Positions 25,700 to 38,346 of a stretch of 64,000 nt of DNA are shown piece by piece (the stretch's first letter is position 1; the number at the start of each line of letters is the position of its first letter). The notes beneath the pieces were generated by a model. The model made no database searches, was not told the DNA's origin, and was given only the letters and a program-made list of their open reading frames with translations. The position numbers and the translations under genes were made by a program. The stretch is from Azolla caroliniana. Lineage: Eukaryota > Plantae > Polypodiophyta. The DNA lies in contig JBHGNT010000014.1 of assembly GCA_043228905.1 (NCBI GenBank), positions 6,386,001 to 6,450,000 on the forward strand. The letters run 5' to 3'.

Positions 25700-26465
25700 A
25701 GAACCAAAAAAGCACAAAGACAGAGATTATATATGTACTGCTTGCTTCCCCCTTCTATGGATGTATGTATGTATATATGTTATTTCGTCCTTTTCCCTTC
25801 TTTCTTCCCCCCTCCCCTGTTGCCTAACCACTATTCATCATCATCTGTGCCTTCTCTTCTTTCATTTCTCACCTCAATTTCTGGCAAATTGTCATACTCA
25901 TATATATATATATAATTCACCGCCTTCTTCTGATTACTTTCCCTTCTTCTTCGTTACAACCATCTATCTAATTCTGCCCAGAAACAAATAGAAACAGCAG
26001 GCATATATGGAGGGAGGGAGATCTAGCTACGCACGCAGGTACATATTTTCTTCCTGTTTCTATTTCATTCAAGTGCGGGTGTTTTCGACGCGAAGCAGAT
26101 GGAATTTACTTAATTAACCCTAACCATGGTTTGGTGTCTATCTCACTCTCACTGCTTTGTCTATGTCTATGTCTATCATTATAAAAGAGGGAGAAGACAG
26201 CAGATGTGGTGGTCTCTTGGAAAGAAGAAGAAGAAGAAGAAGAAGAAAGGAAGGAAGGAAGGAAGGAGGAGGAGGAGGAGGAGGAGAAAGAGGAAGAGGA
26301 AAAGGAAGGAGAAAAGGAAAGATTTTTTATGCTCAATTCAATTGAAAAGGAAAGAAAGAAAGGTTTCTATAGAGTCTAGATTCGACAGAGTAGAGAAACA
26401 GAGAAACAAAGAGAGAGGGTTGGGGGGGGGGAGGGGGGGAGTACATGGAAGAAAAGGAGTACTAC

Positions 26466-26509
<44 letters not shown>

Positions 26510-26949
26510 GTCTGGTTCTCTGCAGATGCTCTCTGTCTCTCTCTTCCACTATTTCTCTCTCTTCCCCTATATGAATGCTATATGGTAATGGTATGTTGGT
26601 ATGGTCACTTGTATATGTACATATATATATATGTATTTCTCTCCGTCTTTCTTTCTATGCTTCTGCCCTCCCTCTGTCTCTGTCTCTGTCTCTATCTCCC
26701 TCACTCCCTTTATGTATGTATGTATACAGTATGTATTGTATAATTTGTATGGTATGTATGTATGTATAGCTTCTTCACTTGCACAAGTTTTCTCTTTTCT
26801 TTTCTGTTTTTGTCTTCTTTTTTAGCTGTAGCTATCTATCTATCTCCTCTCAAATGGACAGAAAGGAAGAAAGAGAAGAAATTAGGGGCTAGTGATTTAC
26901 TTTACTGCACACCATTAAATGCACAGAACAGAGGAATGGAAAAGGGGAG

Positions 26950-26986
<37 letters not shown>

Positions 26987-27302
26987 AGGTCTGGGACTAC
27001 ATACTATACTATACTAGTGAGTGAGTGAGTGAGTAGAGTAGAGTGGTAGTAGAGTAGAGTAGAGTACTCTGCTCTGTTCTGTTCTGTTCTGTTCTGCTCT
27101 GCTCTGCTCTGGCCTGCTGCTGACAGCTCTTCTTCTAAGGAGAGAGAGTATGTATGTATGTATGCATGCATGTATGTATGTATGTAGAAAGATAAAAGGA
27201 GATGGGGGGGAGGGGGAGGGGTTGTTGAGGTGCCCAAGAAAAGAGGCAGAGATAGAGAGAGAGAGGAAGAAGGGAAAGGGGGGGGGGGGGGGGGAGGATT
27301 GA

Positions 27303-27343
<41 letters not shown>

Positions 27344-27682
27344 AGAAGCCCAACAGTTGCAGCAGACAGAGACAGAGACAGAGGCAGAGAAAATGGGCTT
27401 TTTGAGGGCAGGCCAGAGGCTTTTTCTAGAGAGAGAGTGGTGTAAAGAGCAGAGAAGAAATGGAGGACATGAGAGAAATTTAGAGAGAGAGATACCCACA
27501 CCCACACCTCTCTCTCTCTCTCTCTCTCTGCTGAAGGGACACAACACACAAAGCATCTCTTGAATCATCAATTCCAAGAGAGAGAGAGAGAGAGAGTGGT
27601 GGTGGTGGTGGTGGTGGTGGTGGTGGAGTGGGAGGGGGAGGGGGATACACACACACACACAATCTTAGCAAATCTATCTCTC

Positions 27683-27723
<41 letters not shown>

Positions 27724-28050
27724 TGAGAGAGTCTTATCTATGTATGTATGTATGTATGTATGTATGTATGTATGTGGTTTTGTCCATTATCGTCTTATAC
27801 ATATGTATGTATTATGCGTATGTATGTATGCCCTTGTATCCATCCCATCTATCTATCAATATCTATTTACCTTGGCCTTGGCCCCTATCATTCACACACA
27901 CACACACACACCCCAATCTTGTCTTCCTGTTCTAGCTATGACCAACCAACCCATCCATCCATCCATACATGTGGCATGCATGCATGGACATGTCACCCCC
28001 CCCCCCCCCCCCCCCACTCCTTCCTCGTCTCACCATGTCTTGTGATTAGC
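25700..28050. repeat. Compound microsatellite field in the C3HDZ leader/promoter
   Basis: Dense (AAG)n, (GGA)n, (CT)n, (GA)n, (TATG)n, (GAGTA)n, (CTGTT)n, (AAAG)n, (GGT)n and (CA)n tracts plus G and C homopolymers. Confidence 0.9.
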
Positions 28051-31000
28051 ATTTTCGATCTTCGCTACCACTCGCAACCCTACTCCCTCCACGCTTTTCT
28101 TAGCATTTGTCGATCATTTGTTCAAGTCATTTGTATCATTGCTTCATCTTGTTTGTTGTATGTCAACCACTAACTACTATTGGTTGATTCGAATCGTCAC
28201 ATGTCATTAGTATAATCAATCATCATTGTCAAAAAAGGTTTTCAATGTCACATGCAATCCACTCCGTCCATCTACATCAATTGACGGGCATGGGATCTTG
28301 GTTGATTGTGTGTCAAATGTGCCCAACATCAAGGATTTACTCTAACTTTGTGATTGCCTTACCATGTAATGTTCATTGATTTGTAGTGAGTGCACATTTA
28401 CTTCCTTTTTCAGTTGGTTTTTTTTTTTGGATGGGGGGAGCAATTTATGTATAGTTTTAGCAAAGGATTAAGTTTCATGTCCTCTAAAAAAGCAACAACG
28501 AATTGATGGAGTTATAAATTGGCTCTGAATTGAAGTAAACATGTTCTTCACATTGAAACCGATGGAGGATATACATACATAATATAACATGGAAACGCTT
28601 GAGTCAAGCAATTATACCAAAAAGTGAGATCCTCTACAACGATCATTAGAAGACAATGCCATCAATTGAGTGATTGTTGTTGAAAAGACGGGTGGAAAAG
28701 GTCGAGAAGGTCGCCACTTGATAATTTTACACAAAGTCGCCTCATTTACTTCATAAATTGATTTGGACATGTCAGTCACCTTGACTACAATAAAACCGAA
28801 ACAATTGACTTCTTCTGTATTCAACAATGAAAAACCGTTCCCATAGGCATGAAGTTGAAGATTCCTTTAACACAAAGTGCTCAACCAAGATGTTGCGGTT
28901 GCCATTTTGGCCAAGCATTCTAACATAAAATTGCGAGATAGTCACTCAACAAGGCATTATTATACTATCAACGTTATGGTCCTTAATTGTATCATTGGCA
29001 ACACTGGTGAGTTCCCATTTACATTTGAGTTTCGATAACCAAATAAAACATACCAAACCCTTAAACTCTACAGAGGTATAAAATGTCTTGACATGAATTA
29101 TATGCTTAGGTGTGCACCTTGAATATCCATCGACCATGAAAGGGAGACCGGGACTATGTCATAAAATGTCCCTTGTCATCATCTGTCATGTTTAATTCAA
29201 CTCACATGTTAGTTGGGAAGTATGCATGTTGGCGATACAACGTCTTCTCATTCACGCCAATTGCAATTGCATATTCTTATCCACTTTCCTCAATAAATGA
29301 AAGCAAGACAGATCAAGCATTTAAGTCATTTTCAAATGTATAGTGAAATGTGTAGCTTTCAAGTGATGCATCTTTTCTTAGAGGGTATTTCTTCTTTTTA
29401 TACTTAGTGAAATGTCATCGAGTTACTCGTTTAAATTTTACCATCCTTACTCTTGTATTCATGCAAGGATGGGATTTAACCTCCCAACAACACTCGCAAA
29501 TTGATTTATCGTTACGTCATGGAGATTAATGTGTGTACACTCACGTAGAACTGAAGCTTTTTGGCAACATTGTAGATGTCTCTCTCTCACCAACACAAAA
29601 CCACCATCTCATGCAAAACTAGAAAATTGTACTCCAAAAATTGACACTGAGCAATAAGATTTGCCACATCCACTATAAACCCCATTACCGTCTATACTTG
29701 TTTGAAAATCCTCCCCAAAAATAAAAGATTATTCAAATATCATGGGTATACTTTTTTGAGAGTGTGTACATATTTTTCCCATTAACTTGAACATTATAAT
29801 GTTGCAAAAGGACAAGCATGATTGTGCTCAATTTATGTCCACATCATAGAAGTATGCGTAAAAGGTCAGATAACTTGGCAATGTATTTGTACCAGACACT
29901 TTAAACGTGGGGAGAATTTGCAATTCGATAGTGCTTCCAAGTTCCATCCATAAAGTCGATGGTTTAAACGTCAAATGCAATGGGTTCCTTCATGGAAAAT
30001 ATACCGAGTAAAACTTAAATCAGTCGAAAACAGAGCATAGAGATATCTAAAAGAGCTTTTCGCAAGGACAGAAAAATGTAATGCATCATGATGATTCAAA
30101 AGTATTGCGGCCCTAAGGGATATCGATAATAAGCAACATGTATCACTTTTTCATCACATGGAGCATTCGGATAACTTTATTTGTTTTTCTTTTAAGGATG
30201 GGTAAGGCTTAGAAGTTGATGAGTTTGACCAACAATTGAGAAACCTCCTCCCCCTCCCTCTCTTTTTTCTTTCCCGAAAAGAATAAAAACCCATGCGTGC
30301 TCAAAAGAGAATGTTTACAAAATCTTGGGGTTCGATAACACACACATACACGAATCCATTGAGAAACTTAAGAATAATCTACCAAACACAAACATTCCCC
30401 CGTAGCAAACTTCAACATAGAGATCTCTTTGTAAGATCTATTGATTAAGACTCCTTTACATGCCACCCACTTCCGAATCTCGAAAATATTCCCTCCAAAT
30501 TTAAGCTTCAAATGCACAATTGTAGCCTTTCATCATGAGCGAACAATAAGAAGAAGAAATGTTTAAATCTTTATCCGTGGAACCCCTTTGTTCCTTATGC
30601 TTTTTGTGGTGCTTTATTTTATCTAATCTAAAAAGATGTTCTCTTTGCCACACATCTAGCTTTACCCTTCAAAAAACGAGACCAAATATTTATGCTAAGA
30701 AATTTGTTATCGGCGAGAAAGGAGGAAATGTTATGTGATTACATCAATCATTCGAGTGTGCATAGTATAGTGTCTTCATTACATCGAATTATGTTAATGC
30801 AAGTTGCTAGCATTTCTCCATTTACATCAACAATCATCATCAATTGAAGAAAATGATAGATGTTGATAAGGATATTGATTCATGAAATTAGTTACTACCT
30901 ATTATATCACAATTAGTGTTGCTCGTTTCACTAATGAAGATTTTAGATGTAAGATGGTAATTAATGTGTATCAAACATTTTAGTAATTGAAGTTGTCAAT

Positions 31001-32103
31001 GAATAGTTCAACATTACGTTACATTGTGCTAATGCAATGGAACATGGATTTTGTTTTGTGGTTCCCTTATGACCTAAACGAGTAGTACTTATTTTGAGCG
31101 TGTAATAACATCATTACCCTTTTTACAATGAATGGATTAAAAATCCCACATCTTTTTACCAAGTGCCTAATTTGATATCTCCAATAACCTTTCACAGGTT
31201 CTTTTCAAACGACACATAACTTTAAGGCCTTCTTTTAAGGTTTACATTTCAATCTTGGATCGAGTGCATTCTTACTGGGTTTCTTTTCTAGGACTTACTT
31301 AATGGCCATTGTAACATTAACCATTTAAGCATCCCACATGGATTTTCCTCTACAGAATTCAAACATGAAGATTTTCAACATATTATTTAGCATGCTCATT
31401 ATTACAAATTATGGTGCGTAAAATACAAAAGAACGGACAGAGGTCTATTTCACTTTAAGCTTTGCTCAATGTTTCTTCTTGAGTTGGGCATCACTAGAGA
31501 AATTCCTCATAAGGTCATTGGCTAATAATGAGGTCGAAACATAGCCTCAATGTTTTGCATAAAGACATACCTTGCATACATACTTTCCATCCAAGTATCA
31601 TTGCTTAATCATAACAAAACTTGTATGAATGTTGCAGGAACCCTATAATGTATATGAACAAAAAGAAAATAGCTATTTGTGCAAAATTAGAGTGAATCCA
31701 AAATCCCCTAGAAATGAGGAAGATCTAAAATGGATGTCTAGCTCTCCATGAAAAGCGATGTACATAAACTAAGAGATTGAAGGCGCAAGCATGTGGCCCT
31801 TAGATCAACATATGTATGAACCATCCGTGTGAAAGAACTGCATCAAACACTTCTAATGAAAATGGCCAGAATATCATGTTACCTCTTCTCCAACCAATGC
31901 AAACTTTTGGACATTGAATATGATCTAATTGTCTCCTGGATATAAGTTCATTCTAATGTGTTTGGCCAAAGTTGCATAGCTTTACATTTCCTTTGTGAAT
32001 ATAGATATAGGCTATAGCAATCTTGAAGTACCTTGCTAAGGTTATAAGTGTTGATGGGAGCTAGCTCTTGGAATGCATGTATCTACCTCATTACAATGGT
32101 AAA

Positions 32104-32569
32104 TAACAATCGACAAACGGTTCAATTTGAACCGAACGAACCGTGAAACCGTGAAACTGTGGCATAACGATTTAAACAGTTCGGTTTGGTTCAGTTTTAA
32201 CTGTTTGAAACAACAGTTAAACAATTTGGTGGTTTTTAAATATTTTAAATACTTTATTTTTATTTATTTTTATTAAAATAACCTTTTCCTTTTTAAGCCT
32301 AATTCTCACATTTTAGGAAAAATCTTTACAATTTTGAACATTTGAAAATTGAAATAATGAAAAATTGTAAATTTTAAAATTTGAAATTTGACCTAAGTTG
32401 AAAACTGAAACCGAACTAGGAAAACGCGGTTTTAGCGGTTTAATGGTTTAACGGTTTGGATTTTTACCAAACGGTTTTGTGGTTCGGTTCGGTACAGGTT
32501 TCAAAAAAATTGAACGGTTCGCTTTGGACACTCTCGAATAGAACCGAACCGAACTGTTGCCGATTGTTA
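32104..32569. mobile_element. hAT-type non-autonomous element (MITE)
   Basis: Imperfect TIRs TAACAATCGACAAACGGTTC / GAACTGTTGCCGATTGTTA; subterminal AACCG/CGGTT arrays around an AT-rich core; 8-bp TSD ATGGTAAA (32096-32103) and ATGGCAAA (32570-32577). Confidence 0.85.
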
Positions 32570-35500
32570 ATGGCAAACGTCATTTTGTTCCTCACAGAAA
32601 TGTACAATGCATTTTACACATGAACATGGGATAAATTTGCCAACATTTTTGTGGGATTAAACTCAAGGAGTTAGACCTTTATCCTTCCATCATATAAGGC
32701 AATGTTTGACTACCTTAGGTATCGGAGACTATAAGAAATGAGTTATTGTTTGGTTGTCTCTAGTGGAGTACCACCACAAGTACGCAGGCTTAAAGGAGAA
32801 CTCACTTGACAATTCTCACATTTGAGCATTGAGGGCATCTCGTTGTCAAAGGATTTGCCTTTATTTTTATCTAGTTTCACATTACCTCAAATTGTTTACA
32901 TCGTTATACTATACTCATTGTATTGTATTCTTTTCCTCAAATATCATGAAGTGAGAGAGTACAATTTCGATTTAGCATAGATTCAACTACTCCACTACAT
33001 GGATTTTGTAAAGGTTCTACGCATTTTTTTGGAAAAAGAGAGAGAGAAGGTTCTTCGCATTATATACTCTCGAGTGTGGAACATAAGACAATAATAAAAT
33101 AATGCAATGTCCATTAATGTTAATACTTGAGTTTACGTTTATTGATCGTCACTTGACATCAAATTGAAATGCATGTTGGTAACACGACTAAGGTTTTCAA
33201 CAAGTACGTGATATACAATGGTCCTAGGTTGACAAAACAACAAAATGGCACTTGTTGACACCTACCTTCTTAAGATGAAACAAGGTGTTATGTGCTTGCA
33301 AGAGCACATGCCCCATGGAGATAGATGTCTTGGGGGTCATAATATTAATCAACGTTAGGATTGAGTAATCTTAAATTTGATATTGGTTGTAAGAAGAGGT
33401 CTAAGAAATCTAGCACGTCGATGATTAATTGTAAGATGGATGTTGCTGAAATCCATCATGGATGGAGAAATGTATGAATATACATGTTTCATTCATACAT
33501 TGCTTCAATGAAACGAGTGCATTTATGACAAGGATTAATTGAATATTAGTGTGATTGTGCATTTTATGGTAATGTCCCAAATTCCAAAGTATGGAGAATG
33601 TTGTAGAATTTACATGTCCATTGGATTCGAGAACTTATGTAAAGCAATCATTGCATTGCTATTTAGCTATATGGTACAAGTTGTTATTATAGATTTCGTG
33701 TGAGAACGCACAATATGGTGCATTGTTTACGTAGGAACAAATGTAATTAGCAATCTTGTGACGTTTGATATATTATTTGTCCATCGATAAGACACATGCT
33801 AAAGAAGAAATCATATCAAACGAAAGAAGCTCTTCTTCAAAATGGAAGTTCAAGAATTAAGTGGGATCAAGGAAATGCCCATCCCATGTGACAAACGTTG
33901 TCATCACAATTGGCTATTTAAAACATGGCATCACGGGAAGCAAAAAGTACACAATAAATAGAGCAAAAAGACAAACATTGAGTAGGCAACGAATGCTAAA
34001 AAAATTCTTCAATTTTCACATCCGCGATAATGTGGATCCAAAATCTTGGGCAAAGGATCAATTTTACTCACATCTCATCCATGTTACCAAATGAAAATAT
34101 TGGAATTAATAGTCCTTTGTGAGAAAAAATTGTAATAAACAATGATTGGTATTGGAAAACAAAAAGTTTTGAGATTTGACCACCCTTCTTAACGTTTTGA
34201 GATTTAAGGTTCTTGCTGCCAACCTTCAATTAAAAGAATCTAAAGAATATGTGACATTTTAAATATTTAATGAATGAAAATCTTGGATGTAGTTTGTGAC
34301 CCCAAAGTCCATAAAAGCGCATTTCCTAACGTGTAGTAATCCCACAAATGGCACCTTTAATGATTAGTGACCTCTAGCTTTCAACTAAGTTATACCCATC
34401 AAGGATGGAGTTTAACATGACTCATGACCCTTTTTGCTAAGAGCGCAAGGACAAAATAGTGGCACTATTCAAACTTCAAACCCACTTCTTTAGAATATAT
34501 ATTTAGTGTTCAAGATACCAACCTTAGTAATCCTTTTCTTTAATAAACAAATGAGCAAATAGATAATTATGTCATTAAATTATTTGTTGACCTGTGGTAA
34601 TCCATTATTTTCTTAGGTCAATGATTTCCTAGCCTATTAGGAGGGGTTTTCTCTTGTTGGGCCATGGAGCCAGGCGATGGATGGGGACAATAGTTTATAC
34701 ATGCAAAGTTAAGCGATGTTCAAATCGTAATGTGTTGGTGTGTGCTTCCACATACCTCCAAATGGTCAATAATGGTATTTGGTGTCATTACATCAACAAT
34801 GAAGATTGAAACCTTGCATTCAAGAGATTGGTTAAGGAGAGGGTTATCAAAGGCGCTTTGAAATAGAGAACCATGTACATACTCCTTATCGAGATCAACT
34901 CTAATATGGTTGTGCATCACGTTAAAACCATATCTCGTGTTATGCCAATGCTTGATTATTAATGTACCATGATTAATTAACCTTTGTAAAAATGGTAATT
35001 TGTTGGAGACATATGGTTGTACGATGCCCCCCATCACAATAATAAGTTGGCATGTAGTAGTATTGAAGCATTGAGAATGAAATCACATGGGCTCACATTT
35101 TCAGAGGATGAGCCAAATGTACACTAATGAGCATGGAGATATCATGAGCATATAAGTCTATGATGCCCAGGTGAATGTGATCTACCAAATGCTACGACAC
35201 GTTCTCAAGCCCAAGCAAAGGCCTAACGTTAGAATAACTAGTCCAATGTATTGGGGCTTGGTGTAATTGTTGTGTACCTTGCTAGGTACATGTACATGAT
35301 TTACATTTGGCATGTATATTTAGTTTTTATCTTTTATTTTGTTACAAATGACCACGAGTTAAGCTAAAAAACGAGTTGGATCGATGTTTATTTTTTACCA
35401 GCATGACATTTTTACATCTATCTAACATTAAAGGAAGTCGAGGTTGCCAAATGTATAAAGTAATAATACTACTAGATAGGGATAGAGAGATGAGAGGGGG

Positions 35501-38279
35501 TAAAAAGCTAAGTATACATGTTCACCAAAAGTTTACCAATAGTGAGGACCTCATCGTTGTAGAATAAACCATTGTGATTACACATGTATTGGCCTAACAC
35601 GAGAGAACAAAAAGACTTAGGCACACTCACTTTGAACACAGGACTCGCATCTGCATCTGCATCAACTTTGTGTGTAGTTTGTCACTTTTCCCATGGCATC
35701 AAAAGTTGTCATTTTGAAAATGTAACTACTATTTAATGTTGTCATGAAGATCTCATAAGAATATTGGTTGCTCATCTTACAAACATTTTACTATCAAGAC
35801 GATAAACTATAAATGCACAATAAAATCCTTAAACCTTCTTAATGAAGGCACATGTTGCCAATGACCTTAACAAAATGCATTATAACACCTAATTACAAAT
35901 CATGCTATTGTAGTGACTTATCGTTTCATAGTGAACAACATAAGCCATCTTAGAATCGAAAAGATTCGAATAACACGTACTTGCCTAATGGTTATAAATG
36001 CAATACATTCATGCATAACATTTAACCTGAGAGATCATGAATGTATTTTTAGAATTGAAGTACATATTATTAGAGACTCTTAAAGTGAGGCATGATGTGC
36101 CTTCATACATCCACCTGATTTTATAAGCAGTAATTTACATCCAAAACTCGTAAACAACTTATTAGTTAGCAGTTAGTACTACGGTGATCCAATATTGAAT
36201 CATGCAAAACAGTAGGGTTCATTTGTTTTCAAGTCTACAAGATGATAACTACGAAAACATGTTCATAGTTTGAGGTCATGCTTGCCAACATTTACTCATC
36301 CATTATCACATTGCCTAACATATCACTTCCTTAACACTTTGAACCTAAACATTTGGATCTTCAAACTCCCTTTCTGCCTATCAAACACCGCTCAACCTTC
36401 ATTAACACCTCACTCCTAAAAAGGTGACTCGACAAATTCACTTTTGACAACCCAAGGTTGAAAAATGTCGGCGTTGCTGTAAAAGGAAACACTAATTATA
36501 AATAATAGAAGGATACAACATTTATTTCAACCACACCCATTGCTTTTTTAAGGCATTGCCAATAAAGAAACATGAGAAAGATGTGACATATTAGCTATAT
36601 GTATGTACCAAAACAGTGCATGTCATCGGCTCATAAATGGAAAGGGCATGCATTAAAGACCAGGTTCTAATAAGGTTGATGAAAACAAGAAAGAGGAAAT
36701 AAACCTTTCTATAATTACAAAGAAAATACTCTTATATATGAGAGAGAGAGAGAGAGTCTACCAAAGATTACCAAGCATGTTGAGCTTGGGTTGTCGAACA
36801 TGGAAAAGGGTTGGGATATAGTGGAACATATTCTTTGCTAGATATAAGTGGAAATACCCACTAAGTAGATTTCAAATTGCATTCCTTATATATGATAGAG
36901 TTGACTAACAATGTAGATAACTACGAACACATGCACACACAAAGTCATGGCTAATCAAATTAAAGACAAAGCTAAAATGACCGTAGAACATGTTTAGATT
37001 AATGTTTTTCCACCAATGACACAACCAAACATGCTTATGCTAGGTTACAACATCACTAGTCATGCACTTTTCCATTAATCTGACTTCTAAGAATTCACAT
37101 GCCAAACATAAATCATGCTACGTTGCAACATCCTTTGTCCCAAAAACGTGTAATTCTAAAACAAAAATAAGCAATTACCTTTACAAAAATTCTAACTTGG
37201 CAAGATTTTTTTAGAGGCTATAGGAGAATTGAGCATGCCTATGACCCATCACTTTCTACTAGGAAGGGTGACATGAGATTTTAAGCTTGAACTTTACCTC
37301 TTTGCGCATTGCAAGATTAATGGTCATGCCACACATACAATGTGTGCACATGCACACTTTGATTATTCTTGGCTACATGAAGCATAACTTGAAAATTGAG
37401 AAGTATGTACGCATAGAGACGTGTGTACATGCATGCGCATGCTCATGCCCATGAAAAGGAGACAAGATATATGATGAATTATAATTGAAATGCAACTAAA
37501 TATGAAACAAAAGGTTGTTTCTGCATGTTGGGAGACAAAGAGTATGGGAATGAGTAAATGAACTAACACAATGAAGGAAATAATGGCCATGATGATCATG
37601 AAACTTGCAAACTAAATTTTGTGAGATCACTTTAAATTTTACTTTTCGAACTTTCCCTTTTTCTATCAAATAGAAAAACATTTAATTTCTTTTAAAGCAA
37701 AACATTCCCTTCATCATTTTGGGTGTGCCTAGTGTCTCCATTGAATTATAGATCACCCTTTGAGATGAGTAATTAAATAACAGATATAAGTTGTTTTGCT
37801 AGATTAACACATTTTTAGTTGTTTGAGTAATAAAACAATTTTGGGAATGTCTTTGTTTTTGTGCATTATATCTTACTTTACTTTAATATAATACGCAATC
37901 AGCCCCACCCCTTTCTCCCTCTCAACTTGTATTGTCATTGCTGCAAGACAAGTTTCTCAATTATAGGGGGGCTGCTATTGCATTAATTCATTACATGAGA
38001 ACATAAAATGTATGTTTTGTTGCTTAGGTTGTATGCTAATGGTGAGACCTTTCGGTTGTTAAACATAATTATATATATTTACATATATTAACGCATGGGG
38101 GGTGGGGTGGGGGGGGAGTAAAACCTCACTAGTCACCCTACTTTACCAAACATTAGTGATGAGTCGATTATAGGAGTTGCACACATGTGACATGACCTTC
38201 TATCTCCCCAATTTGGTGTTAGAACATGTTAATATTTCTTTCTTTCTTTCTTCTCTTTTTTATTATTATCGTAATTACC

Positions 38280-38346
38280 TTACCTTAATGGTAAGTTGTT
38301 AGCACTACAAGCACTTCGTTCCGGGTTCGAAACACAACTTCCTCAC
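38280..38346 (+). mobile_element. tRNA-derived (SINE-head-like) remnant
   Basis: A-box-like TAATGGTAAG and B-box GGTTCGAAAC at tRNA-like spacing; no intact cloverleaf. Confidence 0.35.

Noticed and set aside
25733-28173. Many overlapping ORFs up to 214 aa
   Set aside because: Stop-free microsatellite artefacts (poly-LS, RE, YVCM).
28200-37800. Short ORFs and possible gene relics in the AT-rich interval
   Set aside because: No recognisable motifs or consistent exon chain; CpG-poor and TpG/CpA-rich, consistent with old decayed repeats.
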